Shown here piece by piece: positions 8,139-16,690 of a stretch of 20,000 nucleotides of DNA. A program made the position numbers and the translations under genes. The stretch lies in IMG/VR virus record IMGVR_UViG_3300036846_001441. One strand, given 5' to 3'. Within the stretch, counting starts at the first letter, position 1, and each line of letters starts with the position of its first letter. This stretch comes from an uncultured virus (IMG/VR IMGVR_UViG_3300036846_001441) (lineage: Duplodnaviria > Heunggongvirae > Uroviricota > Caudoviricetes). Below the pieces are notes generated by a model. That model was not told where the DNA came from, did no database searches, and saw nothing but the letters and a program-made list of their open reading frames with translations.

Positions 8139-9205
8139 CAGTTCACCGCGGTCATGAAAGAGACGTGCGGGGCACGCATGCACCAATCAACCCACACGCT
8201 CATCTTCAGCGCTATGGCATCAACCTGGAACATGCTCTTCACGGGAGGCGATGCCAGCGTCCCAGGCGAGGAGCCTCCAACGATGTCCGATGGAGTAGTG
8301 TCCTCCTGATGAATCGTGGCCACCGTCCCAACCTCAAACTCCGGGGCACTGATGGTACAGGCAAAGCTGGGCGGCTCTATGGCTATGACAGTCTTGTCCG
8401 GTATGGCCCCACTGGAAACGACCGGAAGCGCATTGGTCGCAGGATCACCGAACTGACCACCCGCGTAGAAGCGCATGGCCACGGCCTGAGATGGACTTGA
8501 CACGAACATCGCGTGAGCTCCCCCATTGCGGGTAGCCAGATCGGCAACCAGCATGCCGAGATCGCGTCCAACGGCATCAAATCCCGAGGAGGTCGATGGA
8601 GTGAGTGGCGTGAGGCCATTGAGCAACCCGGCAGATTTTTGAGGACTGGCAGCCACCGCAGAGAAGATGGCAGCATCGATTGCCGGCCCGGCAGCCTCTG
8701 CCATGAGGGCTCTCAAGATCATCTCGATGTTGGAGGCCTCGCTCATCTCATTGGTAAACGTGGCAATGACGGTGAGCTTGTGCGGCCTCAGCGTCGGCCC
8801 AAGCAAACTGTACTGACGGGCAGGGACGACCTCCCCCTCCGCCTTCCACTGGCCTGCCCCTGCGAGGGTCGTCGATCTGCCAGGAACGACGACGCTGGCA
8901 AAGCGCCCAAGATCGATGTGAAGAGCCCCCGAGGCCATGAGCCTGCCTATCGCGGACATCGACACGACATCGAATATGGCATCGGACACACTCAAGGCGG
9001 CGAGGGGACCGGCCCACACTGAGTCCGTCGTCTTCGCTGGAAGAGAGGCACCCCGCAGGATGATTGGAGTCACCTGGTCTCCAGGATAGCGGTCATCCAA
9101 GACCTTCTCGATTGCCCTGCGCTCCACGAAGCTTCGCACCTTGGCGGCAGCAGCCCTCCACAGGTACGGCGGCAGTGGCGTCACCGGCTTGCGTTCTTCC
9201 TTCAT
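8135..9205 (-). CDS. Second HK97-fold major capsid-like protein (paralogue without protease or long scaffold segment)
   Basis: Co-linear with the C-terminal part of 12892..15711: WKAEGEVVPARQ vs FVGEGQPIPVRQ; PHKLTVIATFTNEM vs PKKMAVITTWTHEM; ATIHQEDTTPSDIV vs ATLHMEDTTPLDIV; KSMFQVDAIALK vs KSMWQTDSLALR. Confidence 0.9.
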   Translation of the reverse strand: MKEERKPVTPLPPYLWRAAAAKVRSFVERRAIEKVLDDRYPGDQVTPIILRGASLPAKTTDSVWAGPLAALSVSDAIFDVVSMSAIGRLMASGALHIDLGRFASVVVPGRSTTLAGAGQWKAEGEVVPARQYSLLGPTLRPHKLTVIATFTNEMSEASNIEMILRALMAEAAGPAIDAAIFSAVAASPQKSAGLLNGLTPLTPSTSSGFDAVGRDLGMLVADLATRNGGAHAMFVSSPSQAVAMRFYAGGQFGDPATNALPVVSSGAIPDKTVIAIEPPSFACTISAPEFEVGTVATIHQEDTTPSDIVGGSSPGTLASPPVKSMFQVDAIALKMSVWVDWCMRAPHVSFMTAVNW

Positions 9206-9206
9206 C

Positions 9207-9854
9207 TCACACCCAATACCTGATGTACTTGTTCAGGACATTCTTCACATTCTGCCAAGTCTCTGGAGTCCCCATCACGCCCAGGAGGTTGGGCTGATAG
9301 TAGCCAATCCGACTCTCCTTGTGACCAACCTGGCGAATGCCGAACAGGGCTGGATTGCGTATCCAACCGGAATAGCTCTCCTTCACGAGGGCCTTGACGG
9401 CAAACTTGAGTGGGCCAGGAGCATCGGTCGGCAGCACATATCCACCAGTGTACTTGGCGTCGATGACTCCGTACCACGGGCCAGTCGTCGGGTATGAGTA
9501 CAGAGTGCCGGTGTCCTCCTCCAAGACCCACAGCACGTTCGAATTGATCATCAGATCGCTGCCATCCATGGTCAACGACGAAATGTCGGCCAGCTTCACC
9601 GGCCAGCGCGACAGGTATAGCCTCTGACTCGTGCCGTCCTCCAACTGATAAAACGTCTCGTCGACGGTATCGGCGCCAAACACGCGATTGCACATCGTCG
9701 CAACGGTCTCTGATATGCTAGTGATCAGGTCGGTGAGCAAGACATCCTTGCTGGTGTCCGTCGGGGGAATCAACAGCGACGCCTTCATCTCGGCCAGAGT
9801 AACCAAGTCATAGGATGCCGCCGGAGTGATCACATTCAGTATCTGCTGCATCAC
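9207..9854 (-). CDS. Head-tail connector/adaptor (HK97 gp6-like, long form)
   Basis: LVTLAEMKASL...DVLLTDLI...CNRVF, LYLSRWPV and YTGGYVLPTDAPGPLKFAV motifs. ATGA coupling to the collagen gene. Confidence 0.85.
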   Translation of the reverse strand: MMQQILNVITPAASYDLVTLAEMKASLLIPPTDTSKDVLLTDLITSISETVATMCNRVFGADTVDETFYQLEDGTSQRLYLSRWPVKLADISSLTMDGSDLMINSNVLWVLEEDTGTLYSYPTTGPWYGVIDAKYTGGYVLPTDAPGPLKFAVKALVKESYSGWIRNPALFGIRQVGHKESRIGYYQPNLLGVMGTPETWQNVKNVLNKYIRYWV

Positions 9855-11278
9855 TGACCTCGCAGGTGACGCTCGGCCTCATACTGATCGAGCAATGGCA
9901 GCAGCGAGAACGTCGGTCCAATGGTGCCGTCACTCATCATCGCCTTCACGGTAAAGCCATCGAGCTTGACGCCGACCCAATGAGGTGCCGACTTGCCTTG
10001 ATCGCCCCTCGGCCCCTTCTCGCCGGGAAGACCCTTCTCGCCCCTCTTGCCGACTGGGCCAGACTGCCAGCCAGGCCCAGGGATGACGCCGGGATTGTCA
10101 GTCTTGGCAATGAACCATCCGTGGTCAAGGGTCACGACATCCAGGGCCGAGTAAGTCTCATCTGCAACGTGGGTGCCTCGAATCCTAAACGAAGAGCCAG
10201 CCACGCCAGCAGTCGCTATGACCCTCCACTCATCGGTGAGTCCAGGACGCTTGGCGGTATCCCTGGCGGCCTGCCAACAGCTCCCCTCCCAGGTGACGAG
10301 CTCGCCCTCGTAGAAGACGCGATCTGACCATGGGACGACGCGCGATATCACTCCGCGTGGACCTGGCTCACCTCTATCACCCTTCTCGCCCTGAGGACCT
10401 CTCCCACCCTGAGGACCAATCTGACCCATCGCGCCAATGTGACCAGGCTCGCCGCGCTCACCGCGCTCACCCATCGGACCAGGCTCACCCTTGGGGCCTT
10501 GAGCGCCAACGACGAACTGACCCTCTGGCCCAGGCTCTCCTCGCTCGCCCTTCGGACCAATCTCGCCCTGTTCACCCCGTTCACCCTGCGGCCCCTGCGC
10601 TCCAACAATAAATTGACCATCGACTCCGCGCTCGCCCTTTTCACCACGAGGACCGGGTTCGCCATTCTCGCCTGGCTCACCCTCATTGCCACGCTCGCCT
10701 GACTCACCCTTTTCTCCGCGCTCACCCTTCTCTCCGCGTTCTCCCTGAAGGCCACATTGCCCACCCGGGCCGCGCTCACCTGGAGAGCCCCTGTCTCCCT
10801 TGGCTCCCTTCTCGCCTTGCTCGCCTCGCCACCCTTGCTCGCCGCGCTCGCCCCTCTCGCCAGACTCGCCCCTCGCGCCAACGACAAACTGACCCTCTGG
10901 GCCTTGCTCGCCCTTCTCGCCGGGAGGTCCAATGTCACCCTTCTCTCCGCGCTCGCCCTGCAGTCCACGCTCGCCCTGCAGTCCGCGCTCACCCTGCAGT
11001 CCTCGATCTCCACGCTCCCCATCCCTAATCTCATCGAGGCGCTTGGCCACCTTCGAATTGACGGAGTGCTTGAGCTGAATCACATCGGCGCGAAGATTGG
11101 CCACTATCTCATCGCGTCGAGCCTGAATCACCTCCAATTCGCGCATGAACTCGCGGCGCAGCTGATCAATGATGGCGCCACCGGCATCAAGAAGCGCGTC
11201 GGAGAAGTCGTTGTCGCTCAATCTGTCTCGATCTGCTGAGCATGATCTGGGCGTACGCGTTTCGTCGTTTTGACTCAT
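9851..11278 (-). CDS. Collagen-like head-associated protein: coiled coil, Gly-X-Y repeats and Trp-rich putative carbohydrate-binding modules
   Basis: Long GER/GEK/GPQ triplet tract. C-terminal segments WSDRVFYEGELVTWEGSCWQA and TYSALDVVTLDHGWFIA resemble CBM5/12-like repeats. The true start may be TTG at 11221. Confidence 0.85.
   Translation of the reverse strand: MSQNDETRTPRSCSADRDRLSDNDFSDALLDAGGAIIDQLRREFMRELEVIQARRDEIVANLRADVIQLKHSVNSKVAKRLDEIRDGERGDRGLQGERGLQGERGLQGERGEKGDIGPPGEKGEQGPEGQFVVGARGESGERGERGEQGWRGEQGEKGAKGDRGSPGERGPGGQCGLQGERGEKGERGEKGESGERGNEGEPGENGEPGPRGEKGERGVDGQFIVGAQGPQGERGEQGEIGPKGERGEPGPEGQFVVGAQGPKGEPGPMGERGERGEPGHIGAMGQIGPQGGRGPQGEKGDRGEPGPRGVISRVVPWSDRVFYEGELVTWEGSCWQAARDTAKRPGLTDEWRVIATAGVAGSSFRIRGTHVADETYSALDVVTLDHGWFIAKTDNPGVIPGPGWQSGPVGKRGEKGLPGEKGPRGDQGKSAPHWVGVKLDGFTVKAMMSDGTIGPTFSLLPLLDQYEAERHLRGQ
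10950..11003. repeat. 3 x 18-bp tandem repeat encoding GLQGER
   Basis: cgctcgccctgcagtcca / cgctcgccctgcagtccg / cgctcaccctgcagtcct. Confidence 0.9.
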
Positions 11279-12602
11279 CTGGGGTTACCTCCGGAGGCCT
11301 CGCCGGCGGAGCAGCTGGAGGAGCTGGCGCTGGAGGTATCTTTCCTGCAGCACTCAGCGGAACGACCTGCTGCTGGACGCGAGGCTCATCCCCGAACTTG
11401 ACGCTGGGAAGGTCCTCAGAGTTTCTCGCCTCATTGGGGGCCAAGATGCCGCCCTGCACCGCCCTGGCCAAGCCATCGATGCGATCCTTGAAGGCCGATC
11501 TCAACAGGGCCTTGGTGTCGAACTCGACGTACTCATCGGGCTGCCCCTCCAGACCAAACGTCTGACCAAACGCCTCCTCAACGTGATTCAGGCAAAAGCC
11601 AAGGCCACTGCTTATCCACTGCTGCATCATGGCCTCTGCCGACCCAGCGGTGCCGGACTCCAGGCCGAGGATCGGAGGCGGCACGCGAAAGGCCATGGCA
11701 ATGTCTTGATCGGTCATCTTCAGCACCTCGGCGAGCTGAGCGTCACGAAACGGTATGTTCGGCATCGCCATGGGCTTCAAGCCAGCGGATAGGATCGGGG
11801 TGCCTCCAACATTGACCCCAGAGGTCTGCTCCGTCCACCTGTCCCTCAGCGCGCTGGCCTCGTCCTTGGTGAGCAGGAGGTCCGTCGACAACACGGTGCC
11901 TGGCTTGGCCTGATTCTGATAGAACGTGGTCTGCTGCGACCTGATCGATACTCCAGTGGAGACATCCAGATACGCGCTGACGAGGGGGCTCTCTCCGCGA
12001 AGGGGATTCCGAAGCTGGTCGACGTGAAGCTTGATGTGCATCACGTCTCTCTGAGGGACCTGAGCCAGGGCCTCGGGATAGCGATTCTGCACGATCCAGT
12101 TACCGCCGAGGGCATAGAAGACCTCGCCCTCGCCGCCAATCAGGGCTCGGCAGTAGCGGTTATCCATCAGGTGAAGCTCGACTATCTCGAAGCGATTGTT
12201 GCGAACGCAGTAGAAATATGAATTGCCCTCGAGATAGAGCTGCCTGATGGCATTGAGCATCAGGTCGGAAATCGACTGATAATCGTTGGGCTGTCGCAGT
12301 ATTCGCGACAGCGAGGAAGTGGTGACTCGCTCGCGCCCACCATTGGGCTTGCTCCTCCAGTGGTCCCCAGGGCACATTGCCACGGTCTGACTGTAGGCGC
12401 TGAGGCACGCCTCGATGATGGCAAGCTGGGAGCCTACCAACAGAGGGGTGTATCCATTCTGCCACCAGTTAACGCTCTGCCCAACGTCACCAGGCAGCCA
12501 GCCATGAGTGACAGGCAGGTAGTAAGGGCCAGGACGATACGCGCCCTCGGTCGCCTTCGAGACGACCGAGGACACGACCTTGGAGAGCCAGTCAAAAATC
12601 AT
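11187..12602 (-). CDS. Portal protein (HK97 family)
   Basis: LRQPNDYQS, LYLEGNSY, DVMHIKL, LRGESPL, IAMAFRVPPPILG, YVEFDTKALLR and GILAPNEARNSEDLP motifs. Confidence 0.95.
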   Translation of the reverse strand: MIFDWLSKVVSSVVSKATEGAYRPGPYYLPVTHGWLPGDVGQSVNWWQNGYTPLLVGSQLAIIEACLSAYSQTVAMCPGDHWRSKPNGGRERVTTSSLSRILRQPNDYQSISDLMLNAIRQLYLEGNSYFYCVRNNRFEIVELHLMDNRYCRALIGGEGEVFYALGGNWIVQNRYPEALAQVPQRDVMHIKLHVDQLRNPLRGESPLVSAYLDVSTGVSIRSQQTTFYQNQAKPGTVLSTDLLLTKDEASALRDRWTEQTSGVNVGGTPILSAGLKPMAMPNIPFRDAQLAEVLKMTDQDIAMAFRVPPPILGLESGTAGSAEAMMQQWISSGLGFCLNHVEEAFGQTFGLEGQPDEYVEFDTKALLRSAFKDRIDGLARAVQGGILAPNEARNSEDLPSVKFGDEPRVQQQVVPLSAAGKIPPAPAPPAAPPARPPEVTPDESKRRNAYAQIMLSRSRQIERQRLLRRAS

Positions 12603-12886
12603 GACTCTCGCTTTGCCGTTGACCCAGGCCGCTGAGCACTCTCCACGTGCCTGGTCTGATACGGGGCACCAGAGCCGGCCTGAAGCTCCTTCTTGACAGG
12701 GAGCCCCTGACCAAGATCGGGTGGAGAGCCATCCGGCTCGATCGTCTCGGGTGGATGCCCGAGCATGGTCAGGTCGATCTCCATCTGAGTCGGAGTCGGC
12801 CTGCCACCAGCCTTGGCGCGTTCGGCCATGGCCTTCTGCCGCTGAGCATTCTGCTCCTCCAGCGTCTTCTTGACATCATCTGACAT
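12599..12886 (-). CDS. Small hypothetical protein between capsid and portal genes
   Basis: Likely start is ATG 12886 (AAAGGA upstream). Contains RPTPTQMEIDL..LG...EPDGSPPD and YQTR. ATGA coupling to the portal gene. Confidence 0.7.
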   Translation of the reverse strand: MSDDVKKTLEEQNAQRQKAMAERAKAGGRPTPTQMEIDLTMLGHPPETIEPDGSPPDLGQGLPVKKELQAGSGAPYQTRHVESAQRPGSTAKRES

Positions 12887-12891
12887 TTCTC

Positions 12892-15711
12892 TCATCCTTT
12901 CCAAACGACGCCGGTCATCCATGAGGAGACTGGGCGCCGCATGATCCAGTTCACGAACATGATCAGCCTCAGGGCCAGGCTATCAGTCTGCCACATCGAC
13001 TTGGTGGGCCATGCCGGCGTGCCGACAGTGCCAGTCCCCGAGACGATGTCCAAGGGAGTGGTGTCCTCCATATGGAGCGTGGCCTGGTCGCTGATCTCGA
13101 GGCGCGGCCCCTCCTGACCGACCGCAACAAAGTCGGCGGCATCGACCATGATCGCCGTGCCGGCAGGCACAGTCGAGGACTCGATGAGGTCGGCCTTGAG
13201 GACGCGACCAGCATCGACCATTCCCATGAAGGGATAGAGGGGAGCGGCCGCGGCGGCAGGCTGCAGCATGCTGAGGCTCAATCCCTGCTGAGGATTAACT
13301 ATCAGCGTCGGGCTCCTGACGTTGCCATTGGTCAGCGTCAAGAGCTGGCCATACAGCGCCATGTAGTCGGCCGTGAAGTTGACGTAGCCGGCACCGACTC
13401 CAGTGGCCGCGTTCGCAGTGAGCGCAGTCTGATACGACCTCAGGCCCGGAGGCCTGACCGACGTTGCCGCATTGGTGTCGAGCAGCAGGGTGTCCATGGC
13501 GATTGCCGTGTCCTCGAGGATGGCGGCCCTCAGCAGGCCCTCGATCGCCGGGGTGCTGTGCTCGTCCATCTCGTGGGTCCACGTCGTGATGACGGCCATC
13601 TTCTTCGGCACAACGGTCTGAGACGCGAACGCGCCCTGCCTCACCGGAATGGGCTGACCCTCTCCCACGAAGCTTCCCGAGATCGCCGGCGTCAGATTGC
13701 GAGTGGGGATGACAATCTTCCCTGCCGGGCCGAAGGTCAGTGACAGGCCCTTCGCCGCCAGCTTGGGATACACGCTCATGGGGTACAGGACCTCCATGAA
13801 GCTTGCCCACACGGTCTGGACGAGCTCCTGAGCCCACCCGGCGACTCCGGTCAGGGCCGGTGCGCTGGCTGCCTTGAGCACCAGGTCGCAGACTGCACGC
13901 GTCGCCTCATCGTCGCCGTATATCTTGCGGCGAGTGTCATCGATGGTGTGACCATCGGCACGCGACTTTGCCCGCACCACGGCCGCCCTGAAGAAGTAGT
14001 CCAGCGGCTCCGGCTTCTTGGCCCTCTTGAGGGTGAGGCCATCTGGGAGCCGGATAACATCCTTGCGCCGTGACAGAGCAAGATCATTTCCGGGCGGCCT
14101 CTCGGCGTCCTCGGCGGCAGAGCCGTTCTGCTTCTCGATGGCCTTGAGGTTGCCTATGTTGCGCGAGGACATCTCAATCTTGGCCGTTAAGTCCTCGGTC
14201 TTGATCATATCCTCTTCATTGGGATTGTCGTCGTCGACGTTGACGAGGTGCTTCTCGAGCTGCTCCTGCAGGGCGAGGTGCCTCTTCTCCGCCTCTTGAA
14301 TGCGTTGAGAGAGCAACATTGGTTGACCCTTTCTGTGCTCAATCTGTCTGGGTTCGGCATGCTCGCCAATTGATCTTGCAACGCGCCTCTTGTCGGCATT
14401 CTCGCCTCGCATTGCGTCGCGCCTCACGGTTGAGCTGGCATGCTCGCCAAACACCATGCTGAGCGTTGAGTTCGAAATCTTCAGGCTCTTGGCCACGGCC
14501 AACGCATTGGGATTGGCCGGCACCGCCACGAGAGAGACCTCGACGAGATCGGACTTGGTGTAGATGACGCCTCGGCTATCCTTCCGCGGCTCGTGAGAGA
14601 CCGCCTTGAAGCCGACGCTGACGGCGCGCAGGATGTCCGCCTCGACCAGCGTCCTTATCTCGTCGATTCGCTCCGAGGCCCCCTTCGGCGCCAGCTTGAG
14701 GTGACCCTGAAGCCGATTGTCGACGACCCTGATGTTCTGCCACTTGCCGACGATGAAGTCGCTCCTGTGACCGAACAGCGCGACGGGATTCTTCCTGAAG
14801 TTATCCAGCAGCCATCCATTGCTCATGATCACGTCGTCGAGGCGATCCGGCGTCTCGTCGGAGAGCACGAACTCCATTCCGTTGACCTCGGAGGAGTGAG
14901 TCTTGTGAACGATCGTCTCCGAGTCGGCAGCCCTGTTGTTCTCCCAGATCATGTCGCAGGCATCCTCGTCATCGATCGAGTCGAGGCACCTGTCCATGAA
15001 GTCGTCGTAGCTCTCGTCATCCTCGGGCTGGAGATCGTCCTGCTTGTTGCTCTCGCCATGCTCCTCTCGCCACGCGCTCATGCAAATTGCCACGGCCTGG
15101 TCCTGGGGACGCTTGTCGTCTCCGGTGCCGATCATCTCCGGCACGCAGCGAGTCATGAAGTCACTCTGACTCTCGCCCTTGCGAGGCTTCATTGGCATGG
15201 CGGCATCCTCCTTCGCCTTCCACAACTCATCATTGTCCAGCACACTCTTGAGCTTCAGCAGGGCATCGAGGACTGGGTCATCGTTTTCCATGCTCTTGTG
15301 ACCTCGAAGCGCAACCAGGGCATTGACTGCGTTCTGCATGTGGTCGCGAGCCTGAGCCATAGATATCTTCGCGCCATCGGCGAAGTGCACCACATTGTCG
15401 TGGATGGCATCGTGAACGTCCAGGGGGAAGTCGACGCCGGCAATGTGGTACAGCGAGATGGTGACCGCGGCCGCGAGCAGCTCCTTCTGGTTCTCCTTGA
15501 GCGCGTGACCGACCTTGTTGATGACCGCTCTGCCGTGCTGGTTGATGAACTGGCCGACCGGCCCCTTCATAAAGCCGCTGGGCACCTTCCCACCACCGGG
15601 CTTCGACGACCCTCCTCCGCCACCGCCGCCGGTCCACTTGCCCGACTCGTCGCGAGGCTCGTCGTCGCTGTATTTCAGTCGCACGTCAAGGGGTGGCATG
15701 GGATCAGACAA
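12892..15711 (-). CDS. Fused N-terminal accessory domain + HK97-type prohead protease + major capsid protein
   Basis: Protease motifs: FVLSDETPDRLDDVI, NPVALFGH, LRAVSVGF, LVEVSLVAVPANPNAL. These are followed by a coiled-coil segment and an HK97-fold capsid domain. The start may be ATG 15699. In-frame internal SD+ATG pairs occur at 15198 and 14319. Confidence 0.93.
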   Translation of the reverse strand: MSDPMPPLDVRLKYSDDEPRDESGKWTGGGGGGGSSKPGGGKVPSGFMKGPVGQFINQHGRAVINKVGHALKENQKELLAAAVTISLYHIAGVDFPLDVHDAIHDNVVHFADGAKISMAQARDHMQNAVNALVALRGHKSMENDDPVLDALLKLKSVLDNDELWKAKEDAAMPMKPRKGESQSDFMTRCVPEMIGTGDDKRPQDQAVAICMSAWREEHGESNKQDDLQPEDDESYDDFMDRCLDSIDDEDACDMIWENNRAADSETIVHKTHSSEVNGMEFVLSDETPDRLDDVIMSNGWLLDNFRKNPVALFGHRSDFIVGKWQNIRVVDNRLQGHLKLAPKGASERIDEIRTLVEADILRAVSVGFKAVSHEPRKDSRGVIYTKSDLVEVSLVAVPANPNALAVAKSLKISNSTLSMVFGEHASSTVRRDAMRGENADKRRVARSIGEHAEPRQIEHRKGQPMLLSQRIQEAEKRHLALQEQLEKHLVNVDDDNPNEEDMIKTEDLTAKIEMSSRNIGNLKAIEKQNGSAAEDAERPPGNDLALSRRKDVIRLPDGLTLKRAKKPEPLDYFFRAAVVRAKSRADGHTIDDTRRKIYGDDEATRAVCDLVLKAASAPALTGVAGWAQELVQTVWASFMEVLYPMSVYPKLAAKGLSLTFGPAGKIVIPTRNLTPAISGSFVGEGQPIPVRQGAFASQTVVPKKMAVITTWTHEMDEHSTPAIEGLLRAAILEDTAIAMDTLLLDTNAATSVRPPGLRSYQTALTANAATGVGAGYVNFTADYMALYGQLLTLTNGNVRSPTLIVNPQQGLSLSMLQPAAAAAPLYPFMGMVDAGRVLKADLIESSTVPAGTAIMVDAADFVAVGQEGPRLEISDQATLHMEDTTPLDIVSGTGTVGTPAWPTKSMWQTDSLALRLIMFVNWIMRRPVSSWMTGVVWKG

Positions 15712-16687
15712 ATTCCCAATCCACGACGCCCTTCCCCTCGATCCCGATCCTGGCCGCCAAGGCTGGGGAGAGATCTATGCCGGCAGGATTGCTGGGCACC
15801 TTGCCCTCATGGGGCCCGCTGGGGAGGGGCTCGTCGGAGTAGAAGCACTGCTCAGCGATGGGCCTGGCATCCCTGTAGAAGTAGTCGTCATCAGTCATCC
15901 ACGGGCCGACGTCCAATATATCGGCCACCTCCGACTCTTCAGTATCGCGATTATAAACCCTGACCCGCGGACGATCGCCCTGGAAGCGATACGGCAGCGC
16001 CACGTACATGCTCTCGTCGTCGAGCACCAGATCGGGGTCGTACGCCGACGTGTTGTAGTCGGCCTCTCCGCCAAACACAGTGGCGGTGATTGCGGCGCGG
16101 CAATCAGGAATGCCGACGGGGCGAATATCGCTCCCCTCTAATCTGTCATCGCCGAGAAGCTCATCGGCCAACGCCCCGGCAATGGCATCACAGATCAGGC
16201 GAAAATTCTCCCTGTACAGTGAGCAATCAGCGCCGCTGTCGACGAAGCACGTCTCGATCAAGATGGCCGGCTTCTCGGTGTTGTTCAGGAAGTAGAGGTC
16301 AGAACGATGCTTGGCACCGCGATCGATGAAGCCACCGGCAACGGCGATGGCGTCGCTGACGTCCTCCGCCAGGGTGCCATCCGTCACGTAGAGGACCTCC
16401 GTCCCCATTGGATTGCTGGTCGCCTCGTAGGCATTGAAGTGGACCGAGACGTCGATGTCCCGCTCGCACTCGTTGTGGAACGAGACGATGGCCTCGAGGT
16501 TCTCGCTCTGGGTATCAGATATGTCGTCGTGATAGGTAATGGCGCTGACGCCATCACGCATCAATAGCCTGGCAACCTCGTCGACTACGCGTCTCGCCTC
16601 GTTGACCTCATCGAGGCCCCACGGTGGCGGCCCAGAGGCTCCCCTGACCTTGAGGGAGTGACCAGAGGAGATGACCACGCCAGGCAT
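15704..16687 (-). CDS. Endolysin: N-acetylmuramoyl-L-alanine amidase (Amidase_3) plus a C-terminal RlpA-like double-psi beta-barrel domain
   Basis: Zn-amidase motifs ISSGH, LDE, VSVHFNA and PAILIETCFVD. The C-terminal domain has ATVFGG...YVALP...ILDVGPW...GIDLSPALA. SD GGAGG at 16698-16694. Confidence 0.88.
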   Translation of the reverse strand: MPGVVISSGHSLKVRGASGPPPWGLDEVNEARRVVDEVARLLMRDGVSAITYHDDISDTQSENLEAIVSFHNECERDIDVSVHFNAYEATSNPMGTEVLYVTDGTLAEDVSDAIAVAGGFIDRGAKHRSDLYFLNNTEKPAILIETCFVDSGADCSLYRENFRLICDAIAGALADELLGDDRLEGSDIRPVGIPDCRAAITATVFGGEADYNTSAYDPDLVLDDESMYVALPYRFQGDRPRVRVYNRDTEESEVADILDVGPWMTDDDYFYRDARPIAEQCFYSDEPLPSGPHEGKVPSNPAGIDLSPALAARIGIEGKGVVDWEFV

Positions 16688-16690
16688 TCG

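Noticed and set aside
8135..13900. Capsid duplication as a DGR template/variable repeat pair or an assembly duplication
   Set aside because: Similarity is at protein level with broad divergence rather than adenine-specific mismatches, and no reverse transcriptase is present in the window.
14593..15963. 456-aa plus-strand ORF, and similar ones at 13072-13743, 3099-4139 and 729-1358
   Set aside because: Each lies antisense to a well-supported structural gene and shows no recognisable domain.
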